NCBI RefSeq assembly: GCF_037042905.1
Contig: NC_087251.1
Span: 19,780,001 to 19,844,000, forward strand
Source of the DNA: Lytechinus pictus
Lineage: Eukaryota
Reading direction: 5' to 3'
Length of the DNA: 64,000 bases
Shown here piece after piece: positions 51,601 to 64,000 of the stretch. A program made the position numbers and the translations under genes. Position 1 is the stretch's first letter. Every line of letters begins with the position of its first letter. The notes under the pieces were generated by a model that made no database searches, was not told where the DNA came from, and was given only the letters and a program-made list of their open reading frames with translations.

Positions 51601-54600
51601 CAAGATGCTAGGAAGTACTTGTTTATCAATAAATGTTGTCACGTCTTCATCTAAAAATTGACATACAAAGAAGATAAAATGAGAAGAAAAAAGGGAACTT
51701 TTATATCGCCAAAAATAATATCAACTTTGAAATCATATAGGCCATTATAAAACAAAAGTTCTTACGCATGCGCACTTTTAGACTTACTTTTCTTGTTCTC
51801 TCCTATGTCTCGGGGGAATTCAGTGAGAACTTCCCGCCACTCATAATTAGACATTCTCACCGCAATTCTCTTGAAGCTCATTACGTGTCATAACCAACTA
51901 TCATTCGCAAATCAAGTTTGCTTAAGCCATTTTGTCTCCCATTTTTAATAGCAAATTTACAAAAGGAGCCAAGTTGCTTGTTCTCGCGAAATGGAAATAT
52001 AATAACTTCATCCTCTGCCGTTTGCGTCATTATGAAATCAAAGACAATCGCCGGAGTCACATCCAACATGGCTTCATTTTCATTTTACGACCAGTCTCTT
52101 TCCCCAGACGTATTTAGCATGCAGACAAGGGAGGAAATTACGAATACCCCGAAAACGGTTGGTATGGATTTACCCCCTTTTATCAGGTATTGATGCATCC
52201 ATGTTGTTTTCACAGACTGGCAAAATGCGTGCAATAAAAAGTGAACTGGAGGAACTCGACAATCCCGCCGATGGAGGAAGCCCCCTTGACGACCTTGCCG
52301 TTGACCCGTTTCAATGACAACCTTTTGAACAAGACCCAAGACCACAATATCTGACTCAACCAACGGACCGTGCCATTTACGAGGATTGGGTGTTTTTATC
52401 CTTTCCTTTATTAACCTCCCTTAAAAACGATACTTCGTTTTCATTGTCAGGGGTAAACAATTAAATAAAAATATGATGTAACTATCTAATCAGAGACCCT
52501 GAAGTAGAAAAGATTTTCTTTGCAAATACGTTTTTGAATGTTATACATTAGACAGAATTTCACAGTTATGATTAATTTCATCTATGATTTCGGAATTGCT
52601 CTTTTGGATACATGTCAAGAGCAAACAGACAATAATTATTTTGTTCCACCATTTTTGTTTGAAACTTCAAACATCAAAGGGTTCGATGTGAGATATTTCA
52701 AACAAAATTAACGTTTTACATTGATAAGACAGATAAAATCGAAATTACCCGAATTATAATAACGAGATATACATGTATATGCATCGTTTATTACAATACA
52801 AATGTATATCTAATTAATTTGCAGTATATTACATTACATGCTTTAAGGAACAAAATCAATAATGCTATAAATGCGACTTACCGAAAAAAAATCATCATAC
52901 TAATCTATTATATGATTATACATATCATATCTCTAAGTTCTCTAAGTACTTTAACATCGTCATTCCGTTTTTTCAAAATTCATTTGACAGTTCTTCTAGT
53001 CTAAACCTTTCTGGGATCAGTTCATATAGTATAATTTTCATTTCATATTTTTTCAAATATTCAGTATTAGTGCAATTGCATAAGAAGCTATGCAATGATG
53101 AAGTAACATGGCACTCTTAATAAACGATAAATTAAATTTGGGATAGTTTACGATAATCATCCGGACGGAAGCAGCTGCCAAAAGCATAGATAGAGTTTTA
53201 ACTTACAATTTAATTCATCGGAAATTCCATTTTTTTATGATTGACTCTGATTAGGAGATAAAACTCGCAATTTTTAATCACATTTTCGGAAGCCATGTCA
53301 AGCTAGTAATCATGTTCACGTCGTAGGGTGCTCATACTGATGTACAGATTTCACGGTACTCTATTGTCAACTGACTCGTTCGTGAGTTGACAAATCTTTC
53401 ATCATAATTAGACGTTTCATATATATTTTTTTATATTACATCCATAATATTACAATAAAAAAATACCAAGAAAGGTCTTCAATTTATAGAGTAAACCGCA
53501 TTTAATTTGTACGGATTGGTTTTATACAATATTTTGAAGTCTAGTCTACAGTAGACAGCAAAAGCAAACAAAAGCTTCAAAATATATTTCAGTATTCAGT
53601 TAAGTGATTTTGAATATTCTCCACACAGTAAAAAATTGTTTGCGAATTTTTAACGTGACAATAATTTCCTTTCCATTATATATTAGTTTTTTTAAAGATA
53701 ATCATTGATTATTTTCAGTGTTTTAGGGAGAAAATTTAACAATCCATGCCCTCCTTTCTCATTTATGAACGCAGGTATGATGTGAGGGGCTCAAATTCAA
53801 ATGTCATATCAATAAGCTCAAGTTCAGAGGTCTATTTATAGGGTTTGGCTTCGAGACTCTCCTCTGACCTTGACAGCAGCGACACACTGGCTGGCTCATC
53901 AAACCTACCCCGTAGTATATCGATGACATAACTATCCAGATAAATACCTCGAATTAAACCTTCACTTTATGATTTTTGTTTGCTAAATGCATTCATCCCT
54001 GGATCGGGTTCTCGATCAAGTGGAGTTTGTGTCGCTGTCAATGTGAGTGACAGGCTATGGAAGACTTAATCCCAGAAATCGTAAGCATTCTTCGCATGGA
54101 TATTTTGAAGATGAGATTGCTCTCCTTTAAGACACATGTCATGTCATAACCTGGTTTGTCTCTTAAACCAGTCGCTCTATGGATATAAAATCATATCGAA
54201 TGACTTTTAATACTATGCCATGCTTAAACTCATCAAATCATATGTCTAAAGACCAACATTAAGTAACAAACCATGTACCAATCGGACGGAAACATAAAGA
54301 GTGTATAAGTCAATTCCAATGCATGTAATGTTTGATCAAAATTGACGAAATCGTATTCTTCGCACGCCAGTCGTTATGACGATGAATCATTCTATTTTAA
54401 TAAACAGCAGCAAAGCACTATACGAACATATAGTGATATTGATGCATGTCGTAGAATACGGAATAATTGGTTGGGATGTTCAGTATTTAAACTAATAGAT
54501 TATTTTGGGGGATCATTTGTTTCCTTCGCAAAAGTAGATTCAAATTCCTCCTAAGATGACCTTAGACATAGAAAAAGAAAATTGTAGAAAATCAAATGTT

Positions 54601-54699
54601 TTGATTACATTCAATCTAAATTCAAATTCGAATTCAAAGTTTATTGATTTAGAAAAAAATGAAAACAAATAGGGAAAAATTCAGGTCTAAAGTTTAAAA

Positions 54700-54980
54700 C
54701 TACTATTTTTCATTTCTTTCAGGAGAGAGTGTGAAATGATTTGTCTGTTGATTTAATGAAAAAATATTTTCAATTTTCTGAGAAAATAACATTTCATTAA
54801 TTTGTGAAGTTATATGTCAAAAATTAAAATTCGACCATCTTTTTATTTTTTTTATACATTTTCCTCAATCCTTTACCAATAAAACTATTGCATTGTTTCG
54901 ATGAATTCAACGATTCTGTTTTTGTTGTTTTTTGTGTTGCTAATTTACTGTATTTTTATCAGGGTGAACTTCCCCTTTAA
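54700..54980. mobile_element. Right end of a TTAAAGGGGAAGTTCACCC-type (Kolobok-like) MITE
   Basis: Ends AGGGTGAACTTCCCCT-TTAA (AGG terminus with TTAA site). AT-rich body; left end decayed. Confidence 0.45.
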
Positions 54981-57900
54981 TAAATATTTTTGTATTGTCT
55001 CGATAAAGTCAGCGATTCTGTTTTATTCTGTGATCCATCTGCTATGACTATTATCCATATTCTTTAAAAAATAGCTTATGTTTTTTTAATGTGAGGGGAA
55101 AACGGGAGTGGCAAAATATGACTTTTGCGTATATGCATTTCAACTCATGAGATAAACTTATTCTCATGGTTAATATATTATGGTACAACATTGTATTGCC
55201 TAAAATATATCTATATCCCTATCGTAAGCTATATTTCTTGCCCAATTTAGCCTACAATATTTTGATAAACATAATAAACTTTAATTGCATCGCTTTCCAG
55301 ATGGACCCTTTTGACTATATTTCTTAATAAGATAAGTCTTAATTATAACGGTGATTTCCTGAATATGTGAGAGCTCCATTGGTCTACGAACTATAAATGA
55401 GAAAGAGAATTAACACAATAACTCAAACACCTTCATCATCCCCCGAGTATTTTTCCAAATTATCAATGGCACACAAGCATGAACTGGGTGCGAAATGCTC
55501 GGTTATAAATACAGGCCTATCATATTTCTTTCACTTCACGGCCATTTGAATGAAACCGTATCAGGCAGAACGCATTCCCAATGAATCATGGTAGCACAAC
55601 GTCACTAATCTATGTGGGAGCCCGTGACTAGTGCATGCAAATCACGACCCGACGGTCTTAAGTTGCCCCTTTTTTCTTCAAGTAACACTCCCACATAAGA
55701 CAAAGAAATTGGGCTGATATTAAAACCTGAGTCACGTGTGATATTGAAAGACCAATACCCCCTGAAAAGTATCTAAAAATCGACCCCCTATCTGCCCTTG
55801 AGAATGGCGGAATGTTTGTGCAGTGATAGGACAACGTTCATGTCCATAGAGCATAACTACTGCATCAACCGCTCCGATGTTGTCGTTCAAATTTTAATAA
55901 CAACTTCCCCGTCGGCCATACAATTCCTTATATGTAATTCGGAGGAAGCTAATCGATTCACCAACTGGCAAGATATTTTCTTGATAAAGGTGATCAAGCA
56001 ATAAAGCTCATCGAGCACGACCGAACCCTCATCCCGCGGTCCCTCAGGACTCGCCCGCTGGACCACTGGAGGAAACAAGAATGCCCGTGCGCCCAACAAC
56101 GCCGCGCGGGCGATGATTACTTGAAATGAAAAATTGCGAAATGAGGGTGTAGGACTGGAGTAGTTTAGCTGTGACCGGGAAAGGCCTCTTTCCCTCGGCG
56201 GACGATGATAACTTTACCTGAGGGAATGAAAGAGGTTTGTGAAGATGAGTGAGTGCCTGCTGTTGCTTCGATGAGAGTACGCAACTACTACTATCCCCCT
56301 CTCCAAATCCGCCATTCTTGAGACGCGTTGCTAAGCAAGATTTTCTCTCTCACATACGGATATTATAAACTTGCCATGGGCGCACAAAATGTATAATTTT
56401 CCGCCTTGCTTCGTTTTGCCGATGTTTGCTCGAGGCCCCAATGTACAAACGGGCAGCATAAATAACTTTCGGCCAAATCAGACCCAATATTGACACAGAA
56501 TTTAACAAGATAGTTGCTTATCGAAACGCATTTCCACACTTTTCTGAAATTGAGCTTACCCAAAATGCCCTATTAGCCACATACTTACCAAGTGGGATGA
56601 CAGCATGCACAAAATATGAAAATATTCCGTTGCTCCTCCCTACGACAATCGATGGACGAGCGATGCACTGGGAATTGCGGTACTCTGCAAACTACTCGGA
56701 ATCATCGAACTGAACGTGGCTGTGCTTATGTAGGTCACCTTTCGTCGAAGCAAGGTCAAGATCGAATAGTGCCTCAAACACACCGGTCAACATAGCAGAA
56801 TTGGTCAGAATAAATGCATGCATTACTCTCCAGCATTTCCTAACATAATGAGCTAGCTACCTGTAGATTTACATTTAGGCACATCCACTCTCAGGCGAGG
56901 GCACAGTTTGCTTTGAGCTGAGTAAGAAACGCAGAATATGATCATCGTTTCTGTGTTTGTTACGATATAAAAATAATTTCATTAATACAAGATTACATTA
57001 CGTCACATGCATAATTTGAATGGAAGGACTACGGTCATGATAATACCTGAATTTTTGATACGAATGGATTTGAAAAAAAAATGCAAAAAAACAATTGGTT
57101 TATTTAAAAATACGCTTAGATACTGTTGATTGATATTAAACATTACCAGACGGATGCATTCGCTTGACCATTACCATGATTACACAACATTGGCGTTCGG
57201 CCAGAAATTGGAACCAGACTGGTCATATGGCTCGTATTAAGAGAATAATTATGTTGCAAGAAAAAAATACGATAAAGGATTTCCCTATTATTGATATTTC
57301 TCGACACTGCTTTGGTCAAGAGATATAAGTGGAATTAACAAGACTATTCATTATCTTATTTATGATGATAATTACTTTCTTACTCGAAATGTGGGAGGTA
57401 AATGCAATAAATATAATGATGAATAAACAATATGATACTTCGGACAATAAAGACTATCACAGTGTCCGGTTCTGACCACTACAAAATACTGGCCGAAAGC
57501 CAGAACAATACAACTGCATGGATTTAATTAAAACATGATACTAAAGCCATGATAGTTATATACGTGGAATGAATATTTCCCTTCCATACCTGCAATCTAA
57601 TAACAGGGAGGTCTGTTTTTTTTCTAAAGATCTTTTCATATTTTTTTTTTATATCTAAGGACAAATTGCGAAATCAGATTTTTTCACAGAGAGCAGAAGA
57701 AATATTATTTCCATAACCCCTTAAAAGGATGAACTGTTAATAATACGATATACATGTAATCATTGCATTTGCCATCGGCATTTGGGGGAAAAAACATTGT
57801 TATTCTAAAGTATCAAAATCATAGATACCGCATGTCGTTATTACTTCTATCAATGGGGTAAAGGTAATACAGGGACTAAAGACACGAACATTTAGTTGAT

Positions 57901-59330
57901 TTTTTTTAAATCCAGCATAACAAAATGAAAAGAACAACACCCGAAAATCCTACTACCATAAGCAGTTATGGTTTGCCCGATAACAGGCATGTACTTTGAC
58001 AAAATACATCGTAGCCATTATCTTGGGAAATTATGAAATTCAAGAATAAGAGTTAAGATTATTTCAGTTCTTACCCACATGTCACTCAAATACCAACAAG
58101 AGGGGATTGTTCATAAAACTAGAATAATTTTAAACTTGATAAAAGAACATAATCAAGGGAACTTACAATTAACCAAAAAAAAGTCATTATCTATCTTTTA
58201 AACTAATCATGAATTTTTATTATATTTCAGTACATCTTTCAAATTATGTTCATTTTCTTCAAGCAATGTAATAACACATTCGGGAAAGATATGAAGGAGG
58301 AAAGAGATATCAAAATGGCATTATTCCAACATTATAAAGCATGGCTTGATCTGGTAGTTTGACAGTTTAAAATGGATAAGGAGTGCAAAAGTCTACACTC
58401 GGAAATCCTGCTATTGATGCGACAATCTTTCGAGATGGGTCTTCCTGATCACGTCTTTCGTCATAATAGAGTCACTTAATGGATATTAAAATAAACCCAT
58501 GTACAACTCAGCAAACTATTCAAACAGTTCTATGCACTGTCAGGGCACAAAACCACCACCAGTGATAGAGAAAACGAAACCTTTGTGGCTCATGATAATT
58601 ATAATTTAAAAATGTAATGATAATTGCAAATTACAAAATGCTCTTTGTACTCTCACGTAAGATTAATCTTCCTATTCATCGTTGTATCTTTAAAAGATGA
58701 AGGAAAACGAGTGGGCTATCTTAAGAGAACAGGCCTGAGGTAAGAGGATACAGGGCTCGGCAAAAATATGAAACCTGAATCGAGGTAGATAGGGCCACGA
58801 TCGCTTTACCAGACCGGACAATCGTCACCCGTAGGAGTGAGGGGATGCTTTGGACACGTTCATACAGCCTGTCATCAACCCTCCAGGCGAGAATTTGCCC
58901 CTAGGCCCACCAAAACCTTCCTCTAACCCTTAAAGGCATGCTTCATCCACATCCATTCATTCACATTCCCTCCATCTCTTTACTTTCCATCGCATCTCTC
59001 TCTCTCTCAGTTTTCCTCATGTTATCTTTCTTTACAGCATGGGCTAGTGGCGTCCGAGTAACCGTAACTTATCAATTAGTGAAATTCGTCTCGGCTATGG
59101 CGTAGAGGCTTCTTCCTTCTCTTGATATGAGTGTCACGTGGTCTTAACCGTTGAGAAAGAAGATCCTTCCTAATGGCTAAACTCAGTTAAGAAAGCTGCT
59201 GAGATGTTTTAATCATGATAAACTACGGAATTTCATTACATTTCAAAGTTGGAGAAACATGTTGGAACTGTGCTCTCTTGAACATCTCCTTCTGCCAAGC
59301 TGTACCATATTATGTGCGTACACTCACGCA

Positions 59331-59381
59331 CCCACCCTCCCCCTCCCCTCCACACACACACACACACACGCGCGCGCGCGC
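59331..59381. repeat. C-tract G4/i-motif abutting a (CA)9(CG)6 alternating purine-pyrimidine run
   Basis: CCC-A-CCC-T-CCCCC-T-CCCC followed directly by CACACACACACACACACACGCGCGCGCGCGC. Confidence 0.85.
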
Positions 59382-62300
59382 TCGCACCCAATACACACGA
59401 ACTCGGAACAATCGTCCCTTCCCCCATACATACACACATACCCAAATTATTACATTATAAGTGCCATAGCTGAAGAGATCATAAGAACCCATTGACAAAA
59501 ACATCATTAAATATTTTATCAAGAAGTTATATACAATTTCGTAAGAATATTTATATTACAAGAATCAAATTGATGTTTAATAAGATATGGTATATCAATA
59601 TAAAAGTAATACACTACACCACACCTTCCGAAAAAAAGGTGTTCAGCGCTGGCCCGGTTGCTCAATAGATCCTGAAAGCAATTTCTAACCATTCTAGACG
59701 TTGATTAGTTTCTAATAGTTGTCTCTTCTCTTCAGTAGAATTTGACTTCTAGAAAGTACGAAATATATTAGGGTACATGATTTTGCGGTCTTTGAACAGA
59801 CTCTTGTACGAGTCTCATCTATGGTACACTATATTTCAACAATATGTTTCCAAAAAGTGTTTCATTCGGTATTTCCAGAAAAGTAGTTTTCTTATTTCAA
59901 ACATGTACAAACTATACACATCAACGAAAATGTCTTACCATTGCCAAAATACTTTCTATGAGTAATTCACTTGATAAGACTAACGAATCTGAATATACCC
60001 TCTTTAGTAAAGTTTTTGACATAGGAATACAAATAATATTTCAACATTATTGATATTTATCATGATCGCAGAACTATGGTTAAATTCATATAAATATAAG
60101 TTGAAAGTAAAAACAGTTTATAATGCATGAATAATATAAATGAAAAAGCATTATAGTGAAATCTCCCATGCGTCATTTACCTTTAAATCGACCCCTAGAT
60201 CACCCTCAAATGAAATTCTCGATAACCAAACACGATATGTTTCATGATGGTAAGGTACAACCTGCTGTGTATAACGAACCTGTGATACCTCACTCAGCAA
60301 ATCTTCTTGTCATGTCTACGTCTCCTGCTTACCCACTCTTCTGACCATCGGTTTGAACTGCCACTGACCACCAAAGAATACCAAAAAATGACGGTTTCAT
60401 TTTGGGAATTGTACAAACATACCCTTTTTACCGCATGCATATCCACTTGATATGATTAATAAAACTGTACTTTTTTGGTTTGTCTCAACTGTCATGCGAC
60501 AAATTACGATTGCCCCACTTGGCGGGTGAAAAATTTGCTCGTGTAAATTAAACTATTCAAATCTTCCTTCACTATCTATGGGTGTTGATTCTCTACATTA
60601 TTCTCTCCTTCATATTTAGACTATAAATGCTTTATTTACACAACAGCACCCACGAGTAAATATCGAGGAAGAAAAAGCACGTATGAAACGAGAATATGTT
60701 TGAACTTAGGAACCACAGAGCAGTGCATGCACTCTTTGACTCCGCTGTCTTTGGATGAATCCACTTTGGTAAGTTTTTTTTATAATGGCTAATTGCGAGT
60801 TAATTTATTGCCTACTGTTTAAAGTACTAACTCATTAGTCGGCTTATATACATATATATTTTTACTTAAGACTGGATAGATGATTTATGATTATGCTTAT
60901 AGGGTAAGTAAGTATTCATGGTATTCAATCGTTGAATCAACTAGTTGGTAGTCATGTAATAGTGCTGTTTAATTATTCATCAGCTATTGACATGATGGTG
61001 GCCGTTCTGCTAGTTACTATGCCAGTCGTGTCGATTAGTTAGTTGGACTATAGATAAAAGTTCAACTGGGAGATATATATTCATTGCAGTATGTTGAATA
61101 ATCATGTTCTAACTTGTTGTATTTGTACATAAGGCAGAATGATTACTTTTATTTTAAGCATCATAGGTAGTATAGATGCATGAAGCTGAGTTAACCCTTG
61201 GCAGAGATACCCCTCGTCGAGGAAACTGGCCATCAAGTTCGGGTTAAAGCTGGTCTACATGGCAGTCTCTGTTGAATGATGAGCTTTGGTGGATGAAGAA
61301 TTGACGACGAACACATTCGCGCTGATGATGTAGGAGAGAAACATATAAGCGTGGAGTGAAGGATGATGAAGGTTAAGGTTAGCTTCTAGGAATATCATGA
61401 GGTGGGAGTGTTCCACGGTGGTTTCCTAATAGGTCGAATAAAAAATGGAAGAAAAATGCGATTTGATGATCTTTGTTACAACAATAGCAACGACATCCCT
61501 CATTACCATTTCATTATATAAGTAAGATGCTGCGTTATTTTTGCCTGCACAAGTTCACAATCAGTTTTGATTCCCCAAGGAAAAATATATCAATATTTTA
61601 TATTTTAACCAGTCACAGAAGAATTACCAATGATATGTACATATTTTTCTGATTGTCATTCTAAAATCAATAAAAGCAGAATATAAACAATGATATAAAC
61701 GTGGCGAATTTAGGGTTGCCACTTATATTGTATCTTGCATCTTGGTTCGCAGCTTTCAGGTAGAGCAAAAGGACAAACGTAAGAAAGGGAAAACATAATA
61801 AAAGAAGGAAGTAAGAAAGTTTTTAATGTGATCAACAACCACTGGAACGCCGCGATTTCAAAATTAGCCAAGTTATTTGAAGGGGTCCGATTTTAGCATT
61901 TTTCGGCCGTTGGAAGGGGCTCAATTTGAATAGCTCCGGGTGCTGTTTTTCTCCCTAAATACGCCACCGGTGTTGAATATGATGTTAAATGCTAGTTTTT
62001 ATTTACATCTGCCCTGCTGCACATGTAATTGACTATTAACAGAGGTATACATTGTACAAGGGAAAAGGACGAAACACTTATGGGATCAAATGACAAAAAT
62101 GACACAATTTAGTTAAAACACTTCCCATTAAGTTCCACACCTAATATCGTAAAATCATAATATTGTGTGTCTAAACCAAATTTGAAGGACATAAGCTTCA
62201 ACAAATAAACATCGGGCAAATGAAAACTTTACATACCTAGGTTATTCAAAGATAATGGCATTAAAAACAAGGTTTTTTTAAGTGTATAAGGAACTAATGC

Positions 62301-62435
62301 TTTTAATGGAAGACGGTCCACGTATTGTAGGTTGTCATTGAACAGCAAGTGTGTAGTTATTTGGAAGCCCTTGTCTAAAGCTCGAATCTAGTAACACCTC
62401 CTCCTGTCAGCATCCCAATCCAATGTTAACCCAAT

Positions 62436-62600
62436 CAGGGGTCCGTAACACAAGAGTTTACGATCAACTACAAATTTAAATCAACACTTCTGATTGGCCA
62501 GTGGTCAGTTTTTGTTCACAATGCGCTTGCAGTGATGATCTCGATTGGACAACTGCCATTTTGTCGTCGATTTTAATCCTAAATAAAACACGATGACCTG
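62436..62600. mobile_element. Decayed Harbinger-like MITE
   Basis: Left terminus CAGGGGTCCGTAACACAA resembles the terminus class of the 926-1097 element. Internal GATTGG motifs; right end eroded (...GACCTG). Confidence 0.4.
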
Positions 62601-63585
62601 AACATCAGGAGCGACTCAAGAAAGGGAGGAATGGAAATAGGGAAACGTTTCCACTATTTGAAACTCGTTGTTCTTAGACCTCAATGCTGTAATGGATTGT
62701 TGATTCGATGTCATAATTAACATGGTAAAATAAAGAAATTGATGAATCCTAACAAATTGGAATCAAGAGGACTCTTGTCAAAATAGCAATCAATTAGTTA
62801 TTTCTTTATAACTTCTCCCGCTTTCTTAGAGTTATAAAAACAATAGTCCTCTAATATATTCCTATGTAGAGTTACTGCAAAAATCGGGAGAAAAAAACCA
62901 AATGAAGAAGATTACCACAAAATGATTTTCCCCCTTTTTACTATGACGACATCTTTATGATTTTCAAACATCAAACAAGTCATTTGTCAATGACACATCC
63001 AACTGAAAGAGACGTCTCAAATCTAATACGAAAGAGGAGAAAGAAATGATGTAATTTGACCTGAAGATTCCATTATTTAGGTGTGGTTAGATAGTGTTTC
63101 TTTGTCATGCAGCAAGTAACATTAATCAACGTCTTAGCTAAATATGATCCTGCTAATGAGTCTCGCCAGGAAACAGCCATTTTGGGGGACGATCATCATT
63201 GATAAATTATATTTCGTTTTCCTACGTATTCTCTTGAAACAGTTCCTTAAAATGTTATAATTCTTCTAATACTTTCGAAATTTTTCACCATAAACCTTAC
63301 CTCATTTATCCAATCCCTTACTCCTTTAAATCAGTATTTGTTTGTAATCATCTTGTATAAAATTGAAAAAAAAATCCTTAGGATTATTTGAATCTACGTG
63401 TTGGGAGGATTTCACTCACAAAAGACGAGGAAGAGACCAGATAATGTCAAAGTGTTGTTAAAAAATAGATCAAATAATACAATAATTACATATAACTTTT
63501 TTTTTTCATTTGTCCAAATGAAAAATAAGTTTATATTTTGGACGAAAATGTCAAAGAGTATGGAACTATACATAGACATCTGCAA

Positions 63586-64000
63586 GACTGATTGATTGAT
63601 TGATTGATTGATTGACTGATTGATTGATTGATCGATTGATAGATAGATAGATAGATAGATAGATTGGTCGATTGGCTGATTGATTGATTGATTGATTTTA
63701 TTCTTCTTCATTTCAAACTCAAATAGAATAATAAGGTAAGTAAAAAGCAGAATATGAATAACAGAAATGAAAAAAGGGAACGGACCATGCCCATTGGAAA
63801 GCATCGATTGTTTATGTGAGTCCCATGCAATGAATAACTGATTTAGATATATCAAATACAAATAGTTATTAACAAGGTTCTATAGAATAATAAAAAAAGA
63901 ATACTATGTGCGAAAAATTCATACAATTATGACAATATATCATACCCTGGTATAGAAAAAATAAACAAACCTAAGATACAGATAGAGCATAGACAAGACG
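63586..64000 (-). mobile_element. Probable LINE 3' UTR with expanded (AATC)n/(TATC)n tail, continuing past the window edge
   Basis: On the minus strand a T-rich UTR with a GGGACTCACATAAACAATC...CCGTTCCC motif ends in AATAAAA, followed by a ~110-bp tetranucleotide array (63586-63696). The microsatellite is certain; the LINE origin is inferred. Confidence 0.55.

Noticed and set aside
53872..54040. CAGCGACACA / TGTGTCGCTG inverted pair
   Set aside because: Only ~10 bp, with no further pairing or TSD.
61322..61350. CTGATGA...GAAAC hammerhead-like spacing (also CTGAYGA at ~220, ~810, ~5038, ~21407, ~46737)
   Set aside because: No pairable stem II and/or no GAAA-stem III-NUH arrangement.
1..64000. 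CRISPR arrays, rRNA, true tRNA genes, prokaryotic operons
   Set aside because: No regularly spaced repeat-spacer array or rRNA-like sequence seen. The only tRNA-like sequence is the decayed SINE head.

Overview
AT-rich eukaryotic, essentially gene-free window. The repeat content points to a sea urchin/echinoderm genome: a tRNA-derived SINE with the echinoid-type head, a CAGGGGCGTCGATCC-type hAT MITE with GCTCGCGCTTCGCGCT internal repeats, and L2/CR1-group LINE ends. The only recognisable protein-coding ORF is a 5'-truncated L2/CR1-group LINE ORF2 C-terminus (41037-41555). A plausible host first coding exon lies on the minus strand at the left edge (1185-1137, MDRKTRPKPIKKKIIK, then a phase-1 GTAAGT donor), with a putative ~1 kb leader and a GC-richer promoter at ~2200-2700. 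The remaining ~61 kb then looks like an upstream regulatory desert of GC-richer islands carrying RORE, E-box, CRE/D-box and NR5A-type motifs. The most striking structure is a ~440 bp spacer-less palindrome embedded in (TA)n (38889-39388). Each arm carries a type I hammerhead ribozyme motif of the Penelope-like-element kind; one copy is predicted intact and the other has two lesions in the core. Several other fold-back MITEs, microsatellites and non-B DNA motifs are present. All calls were made by eye, with no database searches.
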